Source: a virus (taxonomy: Duplodnaviria > Caudoviricetes). From it: a DNA stretch of 42,945 nt. How positions within the stretch are numbered: position 1 is the first letter of the stretch; each line of letters opens with the position of its first letter. The translations under genes were made by a program, and so were the position numbers. Shown here one piece after another: positions 16,153 to 24,790 of the stretch. Below the pieces are notes generated by a model. The model saw only the letters and a list, made by a program, of their open reading frames with translations, searched no databases and was not told the DNA's origin. The stretch covers positions 1 through 42,945 of the IMG/VR virus record IMGVR_UViG_3300020042_004234; one strand, written 5' to 3'.

Positions 16153-16578
16153 ATGAACGCAACAATCGTTAACAACTACTTCGCTTCTCTTGAGGCGTTA
16201 CTTAAAGCTGGTACGGATTATGCCAAGGCTGTCAAGGCATTGATACCCGAATGGAGAAAGGCAAGTCCTGAGGAACGAAATGTGATACGCAATCGTGTTG
16301 CAGAAGTCATTGGTAAGAAGTATGGGGTCAAGCCTAAGCTGATGGAGAAAGGTTCTAGCAAGGGCTTGCTAGGGTTTGATCAGCATGGTAGTACAGCCGA
16401 GTCGAGTGCTAGGGCTTTTATGCGTAACAACTTCAAGGTCACGCCTACCAAGAAGAAAGGTTCTACGCCCAAGGTTCGTGCCAAGGTTGATCCTGTTGAG
16501 CAAGCTCTTGAGTTGGTTGAGTCATTGAGTAAGGCTCAGCAAGACAAGTTCTTCAGTCGTGTTAGTCGTAAGAAGTAA
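16153..16578 (+). CDS. first early gene, basic hypothetical protein
   Basis: AGGAG RBS at 16141 before ATG 16153. Confidence 0.75.
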   Translation: MNATIVNNYFASLEALLKAGTDYAKAVKALIPEWRKASPEERNVIRNRVAEVIGKKYGVKPKLMEKGSSKGLLGFDQHGSTAESSARAFMRNNFKVTPTKKKGSTPKVRAKVDPVEQALELVESLSKAQQDKFFSRVSRKK

Positions 16579-16665
16579 TCAAGCGGGCGAGGCTTCAAGG
16601 CTGTTTAGTTATCTGTCAAACCTCGCCCCTTCTCACCAACAAGTATCACAACACAGGAGTTAATC

Positions 16666-16839
16666 ATGTCAGCAATGAACAACTTAACGCAACAGATTTA
16701 CCTAGACTTCCTTGAGATATACAACGACCCATTCAGTATGCAGAAACTCGCTAAGAAGCACGGGTTTACCGAAGCAGAGATCCGCAATGCCATTACCGAA
16801 ATGGAACACCACCTAGACAGAGAGGCAGAGCAAGTATGA
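16666..16839 (+). CDS. 57-aa protein, possible helix-turn-helix
   Basis: AGGAG RBS; SMQKLAKKHGFTEAEIRNAI pattern; hand-translated. Confidence 0.6.
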   Translation: MSAMNNLTQQIYLDFLEIYNDPFSMQKLAKKHGFTEAEIRNAITEMEHHLDREAEQV

Positions 16840-16979
16840 CTAACTTCTTTACCTTAATAGTTTGTATGTTGTATCACAAGGGCAAAAGCCCTGCCTTCAT
16901 TGCGAAGTACCTCAGGACATCAGAGGATAAAGTTGATGCCGTATTACAGAAGCACTACACAGGAGAATCACCATGCTAA
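16836..16979 (+). CDS. 47-aa protein, possible helix-turn-helix
   Basis: ATGA coupling; GKSPAFIAKYLRTSEDKVDAVL pattern; hand-translated. Confidence 0.55.
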   Translation: MTNFFTLIVCMLYHKGKSPAFIAKYLRTSEDKVDAVLQKHYTGESPC

Positions 16980-17131
16980 CCAAGCAACAATGCGTATTAC
17001 TCAAGGCTCAGGCTAAGCAACAAGTTGAGGACAAGCCGTCCTCAAAACCCAAAGAAGTAGAGGTAGAAGTATCCATGCAGTCAGCGTTCAATCAGTTCAG
17101 TCTTACCATTTACAAACAACATAAGGAGTAA
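16973..17131 (+). CDS. 52-aa hypothetical protein
   Basis: AGGAG RBS; hand-translated. Confidence 0.6.
   Translation: MLTKQQCVLLKAQAKQQVEDKPSSKPKEVEVEVSMQSAFNQFSLTIYKQHKE
17025..17045. repeat. 21-bp palindrome copy 2 (TTGAGGACAAGCCGTCCTCAA)
   Basis: 19/21 match to copy 1. Confidence 0.9.
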
Positions 17132-17135
17132 CACC

Positions 17136-17354
17136 ATGAAAAGTAAAAACAACCCAACGGGCTACCATGTTATCTACAAAGAGGACGGGCTTATCTGTTC
17201 ATTCCAACGAGATACTAACGGCATGATGAAATGCCACGACCACTACAAGACGGCACTCAACGCACTCAAGAAGCTAGGTGCTAATGATGGCTTTCGAGAT
17301 GGCTGGTTCATTGTTACATCAGTCGCACTAGCTCGTTCTAAGTGGGCGGATTGA
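17136..17354 (+). CDS. hypothetical protein
   Basis: TAAGGAG RBS. Confidence 0.7.
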   Translation: MKSKNNPTGYHVIYKEDGLICSFQRDTNGMMKCHDHYKTALNALKKLGANDGFRDGWFIVTSVALARSKWAD

Positions 17355-17365
17355 ATGATGCTAAT

Positions 17366-17403
17366 GGGTTCTCTGCAATGTGTTGTGGAGAACCCCTCTT
17401 TTT
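17366..17403 (+). terminator. probable intrinsic terminator
   Basis: GGGTTCTC...GAGAACCC stem followed by CTCTTTTT. Confidence 0.55.
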
Positions 17404-17412
17404 ACCCCAAGT

Positions 17413-17709
17413 TGACAATAGTCTACCTCTTTACTACAAGTGGACATATAGTGGACGCTCCCAAAGGTATATAGAATATGATTGCGTCAACTTGGCAACA
17501 TACCTATATATATATAAAAGAGAATAGAATACATAATAATAAGAGAGAAAAAAGTGGACAAAGTATTCTTGTTGAAAGAATTAGTTAGGTTAAAAAAACT
17601 CTGTAGCTCGTATACACTTTGGTCACTACCCTTATCAAGCCATATTCTGTATACTTCTTATGGCGTCCACTTATGTGTCCACCTGTACTTAAATGGTAGA
17701 CTATTGTCA
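17413..17709. repeat. long imperfect inverted repeat (17413-17480 / 17641-17709) around AT-rich core; candidate origin
   Basis: outer 15 bp perfect (TGACAATAGTCTACC / GGTAGACTATTGTCA); paired GTGGAC/GTCCAC boxes. Confidence 0.8.
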
Positions 17710-17728
17710 GATTTTTAGGAGAACTCTT

Positions 17729-18346
17729 ATGCCTTCGCATCTTCGGTCATCACTTATTGAGGACAAATTGTCCTTAAAACTTTGTGCATCATGCAACGAA
17801 ACCAAACCCAAAAAGGAATTCCACCGAGTGCTAACACTTGCACAAAGCAAAGCATTACTCAAGAAACCGAACCTCAAGACAAGGCACACATTGTACAGTT
17901 CGTTGTGCAATACCTGTAGAAGAATCAAAAAAAGACGCACACCGCTATCCATCAAAGAGCTACGCAACAAGATCACAACAGGCGACATGAACCCCGTCAT
18001 AGGCGAAGCCCTGATACAAGAAAAGCGAAAGGCTATCCCAAAAGCAAGAGCACGAGTCATGAAAGAGTATTGGCAAAAGAAACGATTGGGCTGGCAAAGC
18101 GAACTCAAAGCCAACCTCCAAAAGCAAGTCACACGCTATGCCTCACGCTACTACTCATACCAAAACCATATGCCCGAACAGGCAACACCAGCACAACACG
18201 CCATGCTAGATCAACATAGGTACAACTACGCAGAGGCGAAACGAATAAGACAAGACCTGATAGACCGAGTCAAAGCAGGCGAAGTAGTAGAAGTGTGTAT
18301 ACAAATCAACGAGTTAATCAAACGAAGAAAGGTAGGTGCGGTATGA
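17729..18346 (+). CDS. basic protein with CxxC...CxxC zinc finger
   Basis: AGGAG RBS before ATG 17729; CASC..K...EF..CNTC. Confidence 0.7.
   Translation: MPSHLRSSLIEDKLSLKLCASCNETKPKKEFHRVLTLAQSKALLKKPNLKTRHTLYSSLCNTCRRIKKRRTPLSIKELRNKITTGDMNPVIGEALIQEKRKAIPKARARVMKEYWQKKRLGWQSELKANLQKQVTRYASRYYSYQNHMPEQATPAQHAMLDQHRYNYAEAKRIRQDLIDRVKAGEVVEVCIQINELIKRRKVGAV
17757..17777. repeat. 21-bp palindrome copy 3 (TTGAGGACAAATTGTCCTTAA)
   Basis: 19/21 match to copy 1. Confidence 0.9.
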
Positions 18347-18444
18347 ACTGGATGGATGATGATAAATTTATATGGGTGATTCTTGCCCTTGCGTTGTTTT
18401 TCTTTATTGCACAGATGTTGCGTGTTCTTTTGGGGGCAATGTGA
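18343..18444 (+). CDS. 33-aa single-pass membrane peptide
   Basis: MNWMDDDKFIWVILALALFFFIAQMLRVLLGAM; ATGA coupling. Confidence 0.55.
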   Translation: MNWMDDDKFIWVILALALFFFIAQMLRVLLGAM

Positions 18445-18629
18445 TGATGCAGATAGAAGAAGTATGCATTTTGTTAAAGCGACTGACTGAGGTATCCCAT
18501 CAGATACTTGATGATGTTGAGTCTGTTAGTAACACAGGCGACCATGCTCTGTTCTACGACCGCATGCTTGCTAACGCAGAAGATTTACAAACAGCGTTAA
18601 CTGCTCAGATACAGAAAATAGGGAGTTGA
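18444..18629 (+). CDS. hypothetical helical protein
   Basis: start coupled to previous stop; GGGGG upstream. Confidence 0.55.
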   Translation: MMQIEEVCILLKRLTEVSHQILDDVESVSNTGDHALFYDRMLANAEDLQTALTAQIQKIGS

Positions 18630-18630
18630 T

Positions 18631-18747
18631 ATGTATAAGTCTTGTTTTAGGTGTGGTAAGCAGGGCGTTAGTCGTTGCCATGCGTGTTCTAGGTATGAGA
18701 AGGCAAAGAAGTTACATGAAACGGAGAGAATTCTCTCCAACAAGTAG
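18631..18747 (+). CDS. 38-aa Cys4 zinc-finger peptide
   Basis: GGGAG RBS; CFRC...CHAC. Confidence 0.55.
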   Translation: MYKSCFRCGKQGVSRCHACSRYEKAKKLHETERILSNK

Positions 18748-18780
18748 CACAAACCCATTGACAAAGAAAGTGAGGTAAGC

Positions 18781-18906
18781 ATGGGCGAGTTATTAATGGA
18801 AGTGGGCGGTTGGTTCATAGCCATAGGCTTGACGAGTCTGATGTTCGTCTTGTTGATGTATTGCTTGGCTGTGTTGTTTGATGTGATAACGAGAGAGAAA
18901 GGGTAG
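18781..18906 (+). CDS. 41-aa single-pass membrane peptide
   Basis: GAGGT RBS; WFIAIGLTSLMFVLLMYCLAVLF. Confidence 0.6.
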   Translation: MGELLMEVGGWFIAIGLTSLMFVLLMYCLAVLFDVITREKG

Positions 18907-18909
18907 GTG

Positions 18910-19086
18910 ATGATTAATTTTGATAGATTCCTAGACTACGAGTGGGCTAGGGCTTGTGAGGCAGATGATGCTGAAGAAGGCATGGTTGGCTTTTGGGGCG
19001 AACGCTGTGATGTCTACCAAGAGGGGTGCTGTGCCTGTGATGCGTGGAAACGCTTTGACGAAACAGGGGAGATATTTAAACCATGA
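18910..19086 (+). CDS. 58-aa acidic Cys-rich peptide
   Basis: FWGERCDVYQEGCCACDAW; coupled to next ORF. Confidence 0.55.
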   Translation: MINFDRFLDYEWARACEADDAEEGMVGFWGERCDVYQEGCCACDAWKRFDETGEIFKP

Positions 19087-19526
19087 CAAACAAACGAAGA
19101 TACCTGTACATGCACAAGGGGGACAACGAGTGGCTATCAGGTGATCCAACAGTTGAAGAGTGGAACAACGCATGGGAAGAACTAAAAGCCAAGTGCCCTC
19201 ATCAAATCGAGATCACCGAGGATATGTATGCCTCCGCTGAGTATGGCGAAACGCCTGAGTGGGTTGATGTAACCATAGAAGACGAGGGCGTGTTGGCGTT
19301 CAAGATGGCACGAGGTGTTATTGGTGGTATAGCAGGGGCAACCTCAGTAGTTTTCAACCGCCACTATGACCTCAATGTAAGCCAAGAATGGGGCGGGTGG
19401 GACTACAACCGCCTAGAAGTATTTGATGGTAGTGCATACCTAACCTTCCGAGGTAAGCATAGTAGTGATGAAGTAGAAGTAAACATAACCGAGCAGTTTA
19501 ACCAAGCCATAGGAGAAGTGATATGA
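19083..19526 (+). CDS. acidic hypothetical protein
   Basis: GGGGAG RBS; ATGA coupling. Confidence 0.7.
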   Translation: MTNKRRYLYMHKGDNEWLSGDPTVEEWNNAWEELKAKCPHQIEITEDMYASAEYGETPEWVDVTIEDEGVLAFKMARGVIGGIAGATSVVFNRHYDLNVSQEWGGWDYNRLEVFDGSAYLTFRGKHSSDEVEVNITEQFNQAIGEVI

Positions 19527-19726
19527 AAAGAGTACTGAAATTTACATGGATAACCCAAATTACCACCACAGCAGGACACAAAGCAACTAGCCTGATACCA
19601 ACCAACGACTACACACGCAAGTTTGTAGAGAAAGCCATAGGTTCAATGGCGGGTGTGTATGGCTTTGATGCTTCATACCTAGGCGAAAAGAAAGAGTTTC
19701 GCAATCAATCAATCACAGTCAGATAA
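19523..19726 (+). CDS. hypothetical protein
   Basis: AGGAG RBS. Confidence 0.65.
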   Translation: MKRVLKFTWITQITTTAGHKATSLIPTNDYTRKFVEKAIGSMAGVYGFDASYLGEKKEFRNQSITVR

Positions 19727-19738
19727 GGAGAAAACACC

Positions 19739-20275
19739 ATGACAACATTCACATTGCAAGACCTTAACTTACCAGCAACAGCAGAGCAAGCAGTCGCAAT
19801 AACCAAGGACGAGATGTTTAAAACCATGGCAGAGATGAGCAGAGAACCCCAACACGCCCCCGTACCACAACCTACCTTGACTGACATCATCAACAACATC
19901 TGTACCCAACTACAGCTTCTATCTTCGGTCATCAGCCAAGCTAAAGCCCAACCCGTTGAGGACACGTTGTCCTCAAGCGCACCACTTCAAGAAACAGTCG
20001 CATTGGTATTACAACAGGCTGAGTGGTTCAAAGAAACAGTTGAGGAAAAGGTTGAAACGCTTGTTGATGACATGGATCACACCTATGAGATCGAGTCAGC
20101 CGTTGAAACATATTTCAGCAACTCGTTCAGTCTTGATGACCATGTGGACATCACCGCAGAGGTAGAGAGCAAGGTCGAGGAGATTGCCGAGGACTTGCTA
20201 AAAGACATAGTGCAAGAGCAGTTAGAGGAAGTCGTTGCAGAGAAGTTGAAGAACCTACGTATTACTTTTGATTAA
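19739..20275 (+). CDS. acidic helical hypothetical protein
   Basis: TAAGGAG RBS; D/E-rich C-terminal half. Confidence 0.75.
   Translation: MTTFTLQDLNLPATAEQAVAITKDEMFKTMAEMSREPQHAPVPQPTLTDIINNICTQLQLLSSVISQAKAQPVEDTLSSSAPLQETVALVLQQAEWFKETVEEKVETLVDDMDHTYEIESAVETYFSNSFSLDDHVDITAEVESKVEEIAEDLLKDIVQEQLEEVVAEKLKNLRITFD
19956..19976. repeat. 21-bp palindrome copy 4 (TTGAGGACACGTTGTCCTCAA)
   Basis: 20/21 match to copy 1. Confidence 0.9.
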
Positions 20276-20284
20276 GGGGGTTGT

Positions 20285-20461
20285 ATGAATCAAGAAGACC
20301 TGATGTTCATGGTGGAACTGACAAGGATAGCAAGAAGCCCTGATGCTGTTAGGCGTTTTTCTACCGACAAGGAGTTGCACAACCGCATGGCAGAAGTGCG
20401 GCAGAAGTACAGTAGGCAACAGTTCGACGAGTTATCTAAACAAGCGGAGGAAATGCTATGA
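20285..20461 (+). CDS. 58-aa hypothetical protein
   Basis: AAGGGGG RBS; ATGA coupling; hand-translated. Confidence 0.6.
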   Translation: MNQEDLMFMVELTRIARSPDAVRRFSTDKELHNRMAEVRQKYSRQQFDELSKQAEEML

Positions 20462-21081
20462 GCAAAGTAATTGAGGTAGAGGTTTACAAGTATGGCGAGC
20501 TATCCGAGTCAGCCCAACAGAAAGCTCGTGAGTGGATGGCTATTGAAGATGGCAAAGAGAAAGGCTTTTACATCGACAAGATTTACTTCTCAGGCTTTCA
20601 CTCACAAGGTGATGGCGCTAGCTGGATAGGTCAGGTTGATGTACGGCAATGGCTTGAGGAGAACTTGCCTGACTCGATAGGCTTATCGGCATGGTGTCAG
20701 CTTATCCAAGAAGGTGTCGTATCTATGCACGTCAAGGTCGAGGCTAACAACACGCACTACTGCCATGAAAGCACGATGCAGTTTGGTGAGGTGCTAGACG
20801 ATACCGATGTCTTTGAAGATGACTACACCATGCAAAAAGAATCAATCTTCAAGGGCATGGAGATACAGCACCTATTTGACATCATTGAGAGCGACGACAA
20901 CTGCCCTATCAAAAGCACCGAGGGTATAGAGCAAGCCATTGTAGAGAGTGGCAAGCAGTATGCCAAAGATATTTACCACCGACTGAGAGAGGAGTACGAC
21001 TACCTATGTAGCGACGAGATGATGCTTGACCACTTTGATGCAAACGATTACCACTTTACTAACGAAGGGAGATTGGCATGA
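20458..21081 (+). CDS. conserved acidic phage/mobile-element protein (FSGFxSQGDGA motif)
   Basis: VYKYGELSE.AQQKA, FSGFHSQGDGAS, EYDYL.SDE; GGAGG RBS. Confidence 0.75.
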   Translation: MSKVIEVEVYKYGELSESAQQKAREWMAIEDGKEKGFYIDKIYFSGFHSQGDGASWIGQVDVRQWLEENLPDSIGLSAWCQLIQEGVVSMHVKVEANNTHYCHESTMQFGEVLDDTDVFEDDYTMQKESIFKGMEIQHLFDIIESDDNCPIKSTEGIEQAIVESGKQYAKDIYHRLREEYDYLCSDEMMLDHFDANDYHFTNEGRLA

Positions 21082-21236
21082 CAACGATACAACTAACACT
21101 AAACGAAGATGACATACAGGCACTTGAAAGGATAGCCCGTCAGTCTTGGAACGACCCCGACATGATAGCGATAGCAACACACATTCTCGAGCAAGTTAAT
21201 TTAAAACAAGGAGCAATAGCATGTACATACCAGTAA
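21078..21236 (+). CDS. 52-aa hypothetical protein
   Basis: GGGAG RBS; ATGA coupling. Confidence 0.5.
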   Translation: MTTIQLTLNEDDIQALERIARQSWNDPDMIAIATHILEQVNLKQGAIACTYQ

Positions 21237-22204
21237 CCTACCAACAAGCACACGATAAATTCAACAGTATCAAGAAGCCACCACGCAGTAAGAAGTACAA
21301 CGAGTATCAACGACCCTTGCGTAGGGTATCCGAGTCACATCTCATGTTGCAGAAAGATGCACATAGCTATGTGTACAAGGTCAACGGCGTAGATGTCGTC
21401 AGAGTGTACGAACCTAATGATCAAGGTGAGTATGAGGTAGCTGTGATCGGGTTGTATGGCACATACGATATACAACTGCAGTACAAGTTCACAGGGTATC
21501 ACAACGGCAGGGGTGCAATCACTACGTTAGGCGACATGGTTCGTATACCGCTCAACCCATTCTACAAAGATCAGGGCAAGGACTTCTCAGCTTTGCTTAC
21601 CTACAATAGTTCTGACCAACTCATTGTGGAGAAGTCATGGCATGCTGATATATACCGCCTTGCCTCAAACGAGGGTGACAAGCAGACACGCAAGGACATC
21701 AAGAAAGAACTCGATGCCTACGTCACGCTTCAACTGTTCAAACTACCCACACTCAAGGACAACTGCAAGTTAGAGCAGTCAATGGGCAGACCATTCGGCG
21801 AGTCACGTTTGGGCTGGTCGGTACAGTCAAGCATGCAAGATGCCCTGCGTAACCTACCCCTACCCCTTGAATCGCAAGCCTTCATGGAAACCTTCGACAA
21901 GGTAGCGCAAGACTGCTTCAACATGCTAGCCAGCAAGAAGGTATACAACCACGACAGCGACAGTCTGTTCCACAAGATGGGTAATTGGCACAGACAGCGT
22001 GACCCTGCTAGCGCTGACGATGCCCAAGAGAAAGCTGACGACCTTGTGGCTGAGATCACTGCTGACGAGTTCAAGAAGTCGTTGGTAGCTAAGCTGATGT
22101 CGTTCGCTGGACTATCCAAAGGGACTGAATCAATAGCCCTGCCACAGTTTGGCAAGACGTTGCCGAGAACTTATTACACCCGTGCCAACAAGAGAAAGGA
22201 GTAA
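21221..22204 (+). CDS. hypothetical protein (327 aa)
   Basis: AAGGAG RBS; long ORF; no family recognised. Confidence 0.8.
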   Translation: MYIPVTYQQAHDKFNSIKKPPRSKKYNEYQRPLRRVSESHLMLQKDAHSYVYKVNGVDVVRVYEPNDQGEYEVAVIGLYGTYDIQLQYKFTGYHNGRGAITTLGDMVRIPLNPFYKDQGKDFSALLTYNSSDQLIVEKSWHADIYRLASNEGDKQTRKDIKKELDAYVTLQLFKLPTLKDNCKLEQSMGRPFGESRLGWSVQSSMQDALRNLPLPLESQAFMETFDKVAQDCFNMLASKKVYNHDSDSLFHKMGNWHRQRDPASADDAQEKADDLVAEITADEFKKSLVAKLMSFAGLSKGTESIALPQFGKTLPRTYYTRANKRKE

Positions 22205-22230
22205 GTAGTTGTTGTTTCTATAAAGCAGTA

Positions 22231-22239
22231 TGTTATACT
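22231..22239 (+). promoter_or_regulatory. extended -10 promoter upstream of MoxR ATPase
   Basis: TGTTATACT (TGn-TATACT) in intergenic gap; TTGTTT 16 nt upstream. Confidence 0.5.
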
Positions 22240-22273
22240 TTCTAAAAAGTAGTACTAATCAAACGAGGACAAT

Positions 22274-23389
22274 ATGAAATTACTTAATTCGCTACAAGTA
22301 GCAAACGCTATCAAGATGGTTGGTCACAAGCGCACCATCATTGTTCAAGGTGAGAATGGTATCGGCAAGACTGGTATCTTCCACACCCTTGAGCGTGACC
22401 CACACTTTGCCAATCACGTTGCGGTCAAGCTCGACTGTACTCAGATGTCTGATGGTTCTGTGTGGATGCCTGACATTGATCGTGATGCAGGTGTATCTCG
22501 TGAGTTACCCAACGAGCGCTTCGGTGTAAGCAAAGCTAATCAGAAGGGTATCAATGGTGCTCGTCCATCGCTTGTGTTCCTTGACGAGTTGGCTAAGGCT
22601 AAGCAGTACATCAAGGACGTGCTTGCTCCGATTGTGTACGAGCGTGCTGTTGGTAACTACGAGATGGCTGAGGGTTCTGTCGTGTTCGCTGGTACTAACC
22701 TTGCGGTCGAGGGCTTGGGCGATTCGATACAGGCTCACTTGCGTAATCGTCTTGTGTTCTTGACCATGCGTAAGCCTACGCAACCCGAGTGGTATACATG
22801 GGGTGTCGACAACGGCATCGACCCTATTCTCTTAGCATGTACCAACGAGAATCCACAATGGTTCGATAGCTTCCTTGACTTCCAAGATGGCGGTAAGTAT
22901 GCAGGTCGTGATCAGTCTAAGGAGAATGACGTTATCTTCAATCCGTTGTTATCTCAGCAGGCGTACATCACACCACGCTCACTACACTCTGCGTCAGACA
23001 TTGTCAAAGAGCGTGAGTACATGGATACCGATACGTTGCAGGGTCTACTCGAGGGTACGATCGGTCGTGCTGGTGCTGAGGTATTGGGTGCGTTCATTCG
23101 CTTTGGTGATGAGACACCTGCGTTCAGTAAGATCGTGTCGTCCCCAAGCACTTGCCCTATCCCTACCAATCCTGTGGCGCAGATCATTACTGTGCTCAAG
23201 TGTGTCACGCAAACTTCCACTAGAGAAGAAGCCGAGGCATGCACCGAGTATGTGATGCGCAATCGTCGTGAGTTGCAGTCTATGTTCGCTAACAACATTG
23301 CCAACTCTACACGTGCGGCGTTGTTCGTCACAGTCAAGCCGTTCCAAGCATTGATGAATGACAACAAGATTTATTTCTCAACCAAGTAA
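22274..23389 (+). CDS. MoxR-like AAA+ ATPase
   Basis: Walker A GENGIGKT, Walker B LVFLDE, sensor AGTN, arginine finger LRNR, TPRS. Confidence 0.85.
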   Translation: MKLLNSLQVANAIKMVGHKRTIIVQGENGIGKTGIFHTLERDPHFANHVAVKLDCTQMSDGSVWMPDIDRDAGVSRELPNERFGVSKANQKGINGARPSLVFLDELAKAKQYIKDVLAPIVYERAVGNYEMAEGSVVFAGTNLAVEGLGDSIQAHLRNRLVFLTMRKPTQPEWYTWGVDNGIDPILLACTNENPQWFDSFLDFQDGGKYAGRDQSKENDVIFNPLLSQQAYITPRSLHSASDIVKEREYMDTDTLQGLLEGTIGRAGAEVLGAFIRFGDETPAFSKIVSSPSTCPIPTNPVAQIITVLKCVTQTSTREEAEACTEYVMRNRRELQSMFANNIANSTRAALFVTVKPFQALMNDNKIYFSTK

Positions 23390-23398
23390 GGGGGATGT

Positions 23399-23563
23399 AT
23401 GAAAAAGTGGTCAGGCTACGCCATTAGGAAAGAGTACTTCAAGGTTGAAGTAGAAGCCGACACGTGGGAAGAAGCACGAGAGAAGGCGTGGGACTCTGAA
23501 GTTACTGACGAACCAATTGATATTATTTGGGAAATTTACGATATAGAGGAGGTACTAGCATGA
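23399..23563 (+). CDS. 54-aa acidic protein (VEVEA.T.EEA.EKA pattern)
   Basis: GGGGG RBS; ATGA coupling; hand-translated. Confidence 0.6.
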   Translation: MKKWSGYAIRKEYFKVEVEADTWEEAREKAWDSEVTDEPIDIIWEIYDIEEVLA

Positions 23564-24774
23564 GCAAAACATGGGACAAACTAACCGCACCCGATCGGGT
23601 GATTGCAGTACACGTTGACTTCACCAACAACAAAGACTTCGCTGGTCTATCAGGCTATGCGTATGTCGGTGATGTCAAGTTCGAGGGCATCGGCACAGCA
23701 GGCACAGATGGTCGTGATGTATGGTATGACCCTGCGTTTGTCGGTGGGCTTAACCGCAAGCAGTTGCGCTATCTCGTTGCACACGAGTCGTTACACAAGG
23801 CGCTAATGCATTGCACTAACTACAAGGAATTATCCAAGAAGTATCCACAGCTATGCAACATGGCTATGGACTACGTAGTCAATGCAACCATCGAGGAGAT
23901 CGACCCCAACTTCACGTTTGTCGAGCGCATAGTAGATCCTGCACCACTCATTGACCCCAAGTATCAGGGCTGGTCTTTCATCGAGGTGTTGCAAGACTTG
24001 TTACGCAATCCTCCACCTCCACCACCCAAAGGTAAGGGCAACGGCGATGGTGATAAGGGTGGGCATGGCACACTCGACGAGCATATGTTCGGCGATGCAG
24101 TTGAGCTAGGCAGTAAGGAAGCCAACGAGCTAGCTCGTCAGATAGATGATGCTGGTCGTCAGGGTAAGATACTTGCCGACAAGATCGCAGGCAAAGGCTC
24201 TCGCAACAGCGCACTCGATCGTGCTACACAAAAGCGTGACACTAACTGGCGTGAGCACTTGCGTGAGTGGGTTACTGCACTATGTGAGGGTGATGAGTAC
24301 TCTCGCTTTGCACCACCCAACAAGCGACTATTACCGCTTGGCGTTATTATGCCGTCGCACTTTTCTGAGGCTACGGGTGAGCTAATCGTTGCGTGTGATA
24401 CATCAGGCTCTATGGGCGGTATCTACCCTACTGTGTTCGGAGAGATTGCCCGCATTGCGGAGAACGTACGACCTGACTCTGTGCGCATCATTTGGTGGGA
24501 CAGCGCTGTGTGTGGCGAGCAAGTGTTCAAGCCGCATGAGTTCGAGAGGATCGGTCATCAGCTAAAGCCAGTCGGGGGCGGTGGCACTAGCCCTGAGTGC
24601 GTTGTGCAATACATTCGTGACAAGAAATACCAACCCAAAGGTGTTGTGTGGTTAACCGATGGGTACTTAGATGGTAGCAATGCGTGTGTCGATGTGCCTG
24701 CAATATGGGGCGTAGTTAACAACGACCACTTCAAACCACCGCAAGGCAAAGCAGTTCGTATCTACTCAAACTAA
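23560..24774 (+). CDS. metallopeptidase-like plus VWA domain protein (DUF2201-type)
   Basis: TAGTDG, HESLH (HExxH), N.AMD..VN, MIDAS DTSGS, GGGGT, TDGY; GAGGAGGT RBS. Confidence 0.85.
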   Translation: MSKTWDKLTAPDRVIAVHVDFTNNKDFAGLSGYAYVGDVKFEGIGTAGTDGRDVWYDPAFVGGLNRKQLRYLVAHESLHKALMHCTNYKELSKKYPQLCNMAMDYVVNATIEEIDPNFTFVERIVDPAPLIDPKYQGWSFIEVLQDLLRNPPPPPPKGKGNGDGDKGGHGTLDEHMFGDAVELGSKEANELARQIDDAGRQGKILADKIAGKGSRNSALDRATQKRDTNWREHLREWVTALCEGDEYSRFAPPNKRLLPLGVIMPSHFSEATGELIVACDTSGSMGGIYPTVFGEIARIAENVRPDSVRIIWWDSAVCGEQVFKPHEFERIGHQLKPVGGGGTSPECVVQYIRDKKYQPKGVVWLTDGYLDGSNACVDVPAIWGVVNNDHFKPPQGKAVRIYSN

Positions 24775-24790
24775 ACCAAGGAGAATTACC

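Noticed and set aside
17342-17527. 61-aa ORF
   Set aside because: Runs through a terminator and the inverted-repeat arm; no convincing RBS
16109-19976. Palindromic repeats as a CRISPR array
   Set aside because: Copies are about 0.7-2.2 kb apart and lie inside ORFs; no regular spacers or cas operon
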